From assembly GCA_027075275.1 (NCBI GenBank), contig JALTBO010000083.1:4522-68521 (forward strand): a DNA stretch of 64,000 nt. The letters are read 5' to 3'. The notes under the pieces are model-generated. The model was not told the origin of the DNA and searched no databases. It saw only the letters and a program-made list of their open reading frames with translations. Positions within the stretch are counted from its first letter, which is position 1. Each line of letters begins with the position of its first letter. Origin of the DNA: Desulfurobacteriaceae bacterium (GTDB lineage Bacteria > Aquificota > Aquificia > Desulfurobacteriales > Desulfurobacteriaceae). Both the position numbers and the translations under genes were made by a program. This document shows positions 62,402-64,000 of this stretch, in pieces.

Positions 62402-64000
62402 CTACTCCTTTTTCAGAACAACTATCTGATTCCTGAGGGTTTTAACTGTTGTGTTAAAGAGCTCCCTCAAGTCCTGATACTCATCAACAGGAACGACGTT
62501 CTTGTTGAGAACCATCTGTGAGTGGAAGTGGAGCTCCCTTCCATTAACTTCCCACTTGATTGAGAAGCTACCAACTCTGTTCCTGAAACTGTAGTTTTCA
62601 GGCTTCAGGTAGAGTGAATACCCTGCTGGCAGTTCTAACTTTACGTCTGAAACCTTTTCCATCTTATAGCCAACAACGTAAGGATACCTTCTGTTCTTTG
62701 CCGCAACTAAACTCACGAGCCTGCTGTAGTCTGGAGCCGGAAACTTGGCAAGTAGGTAGTGGGAGGTTATTGTTCCGTAGTTCCTGTCCTTTCCCTCAAT
62801 CTTAATCCATACGTCTTTCTCGTTTAAGTCCCTGTAGTTTGAAATCTCATACTTCTCAACGTCAAACCCGGGGGAGACCTTTGCGGCAAGCTCCTCAACG
62901 TGCCTTTTAATCTGTTCAGTGGGAGCTCCCGTAAGCCTTGCCCTCTCTATAACTCCGTAAATTCCTGTATAGTCAAACTTAAACTTACCTTCTAAGCTTC
63001 CAAACGGCTTAAGAGTGAAATTACCGCTGAATCCTTCAACGTTAGCATCTGGCGGAAACACAGGTGTTTCGCCAACTGTTCCTTTCTCCTTCTTAACATC
63101 AACAATCAGAACTTTTCTTCCCTGGTCGCTCGGAGGTAGATAGCCGAAGGGAACAAAGTCTGAAGTTGTGTCCATAAAGAACCACTTCCCCTTCCACTTA
63201 ACTGCCGCTATTTCGTGGTTGAACGCCGTGGGCATCGGCATTTCGGGATCCATGTTTGCCCTGCTGAGTGTAGGAATGAGAACAGGATATCCCTTGACAC
63301 CTATAACTTTCAGCATTGCAATCAGCAGAGTTGCGTGGTCTTTGCAGTCTCCATATCTGTTCCTGAGAATTTCTGATGCCCTGTGGGGTTTATACCCGTT
63401 TATCCCGAACTCCATTCCCACATACCTTATGTTCTGGGCAACAAAGTTGTAGATAGCCCTAATTTTCTCTTCTTCTGTCTTTTTTCCCTTAACAACTTTC
63501 AGTGTGGTTTCCTTTACAAACTTGTCCGGCTTAACGGCCTCTTTAGCAAGGTCGGAATACCACTTTGCAACTTCCTGCCAGCTCTTTAGAGATGTTATGG
63601 CAACCCTTTTTGCTACTTCTTCAAACGGGGGCATGTTAGGTTCTTTAACTATCGGCGGAACGTTTTTCACTACCCAGGAGAGCTCCACAAACTTCCCTAA
63701 GTCCTTTCTTACTGGACGAGACTCCTTTTCACTCATGTTGTACGTTTTGAACCTGTAATACTTTCCCTTTGGAATCAGCACTTTAAACACTGCTTCTTTA
63801 ACGGGATACTCATCCTGCAGGAAATCCGTTTCCCAGAACTGGTTTTTCATGTAGGGTTTAACGGTTTTCAGAACATAGGCATACTTGATTACAGAGCCGA
63901 TTCTCACTCCCGGCATTGAGATAGTTCTGTACTTGAGGTCTGAGTAGATTGGAGCCTCTGATACAAACGGCGGATAAACGGTATTTATTGCCCTTTTCCC
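62402..64000 (-). CDS. DUF3857/transglutaminase-like domain protein (5' part outside window)
   Basis: 'YGDCKDHATLL', 'FNH', 'FMDTT' triad; frame is open to the window edge. Confidence 0.85.
   Translation of the reverse strand, partial: GKRAINTVYPPFVSEAPIYSDLKYRTISMPGVRIGSVIKYAYVLKTVKPYMKNQFWETDFLQDEYPVKEAVFKVLIPKGKYYRFKTYNMSEKESRPVRKDLGKFVELSWVVKNVPPIVKEPNMPPFEEVAKRVAITSLKSWQEVAKWYSDLAKEAVKPDKFVKETTLKVVKGKKTEEEKIRAIYNFVAQNIRYVGMEFGINGYKPHRASEILRNRYGDCKDHATLLIAMLKVIGVKGYPVLIPTLSRANMDPEMPMPTAFNHEIAAVKWKGKWFFMDTTSDFVPFGYLPPSDQGRKVLIVDVKKEKGTVGETPVFPPDANVEGFSGNFTLKPFGSLEGKFKFDYTGIYGVIERARLTGAPTEQIKRHVEELAAKVSPGFDVEKYEISNYRDLNEKDVWIKIEGKDRNYGTITSHYLLAKFPAPDYSRLVSLVAAKNRRYPYVVGYKMEKVSDVKLELPAGYSLYLKPENYSFRNRVGSFSIKWEVNGRELHFHSQMVLNKNVVPVDEYQDLRELFNTTVKTLRNQIVVLKKE

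Overview
A gene-dense chromosomal window (roughly 44-45% GC by eye) with no rRNA, tRNA, CRISPR, IS element or prophage that I can see. Protein style and gene content suggest a thermophilic Aquificota bacterium, probably Desulfurobacteriaceae (inference). In order it holds: lptG(partial)-lptF-secF-secD-HD hydrolase-birA; prmC-murA-hisG-moaA-DUF948-YtxH-murE-murF-ddl-ftsQ-ftsA-ftsZ; a chemotaxis cluster (cheZ, cheA, cheW, soluble PAS receptor, cheV, cheY); GGCT, pabC-like, sqr, recO, ychF; HAD, ubiA-like, marC, dtd, mscS, bioW; bactofilin/M23, mnmE, glmS, purU; two TetR genes heading a double efflux operon; DUF2853, an AT-rich roadblock pair, ligA, ccsA/ccsB-like genes, moaCB-mobA-moaE-msrB, a MacB-like ABC transporter, ftsY, trpD, DUF123, tsaD and a transglutaminase-like protein. 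The most striking signal is not a gene. The palindrome GAGCTC, usually extended to RGAGCTCY or RRGAGCTCYY, occurs about 150 times by hand count (about one per 420 bp, against about 12 expected from base composition). It appears in all three reading frames and in intergenic DNA, like a cyanobacterial HIP1-type highly iterated palindrome but with a different sequence.
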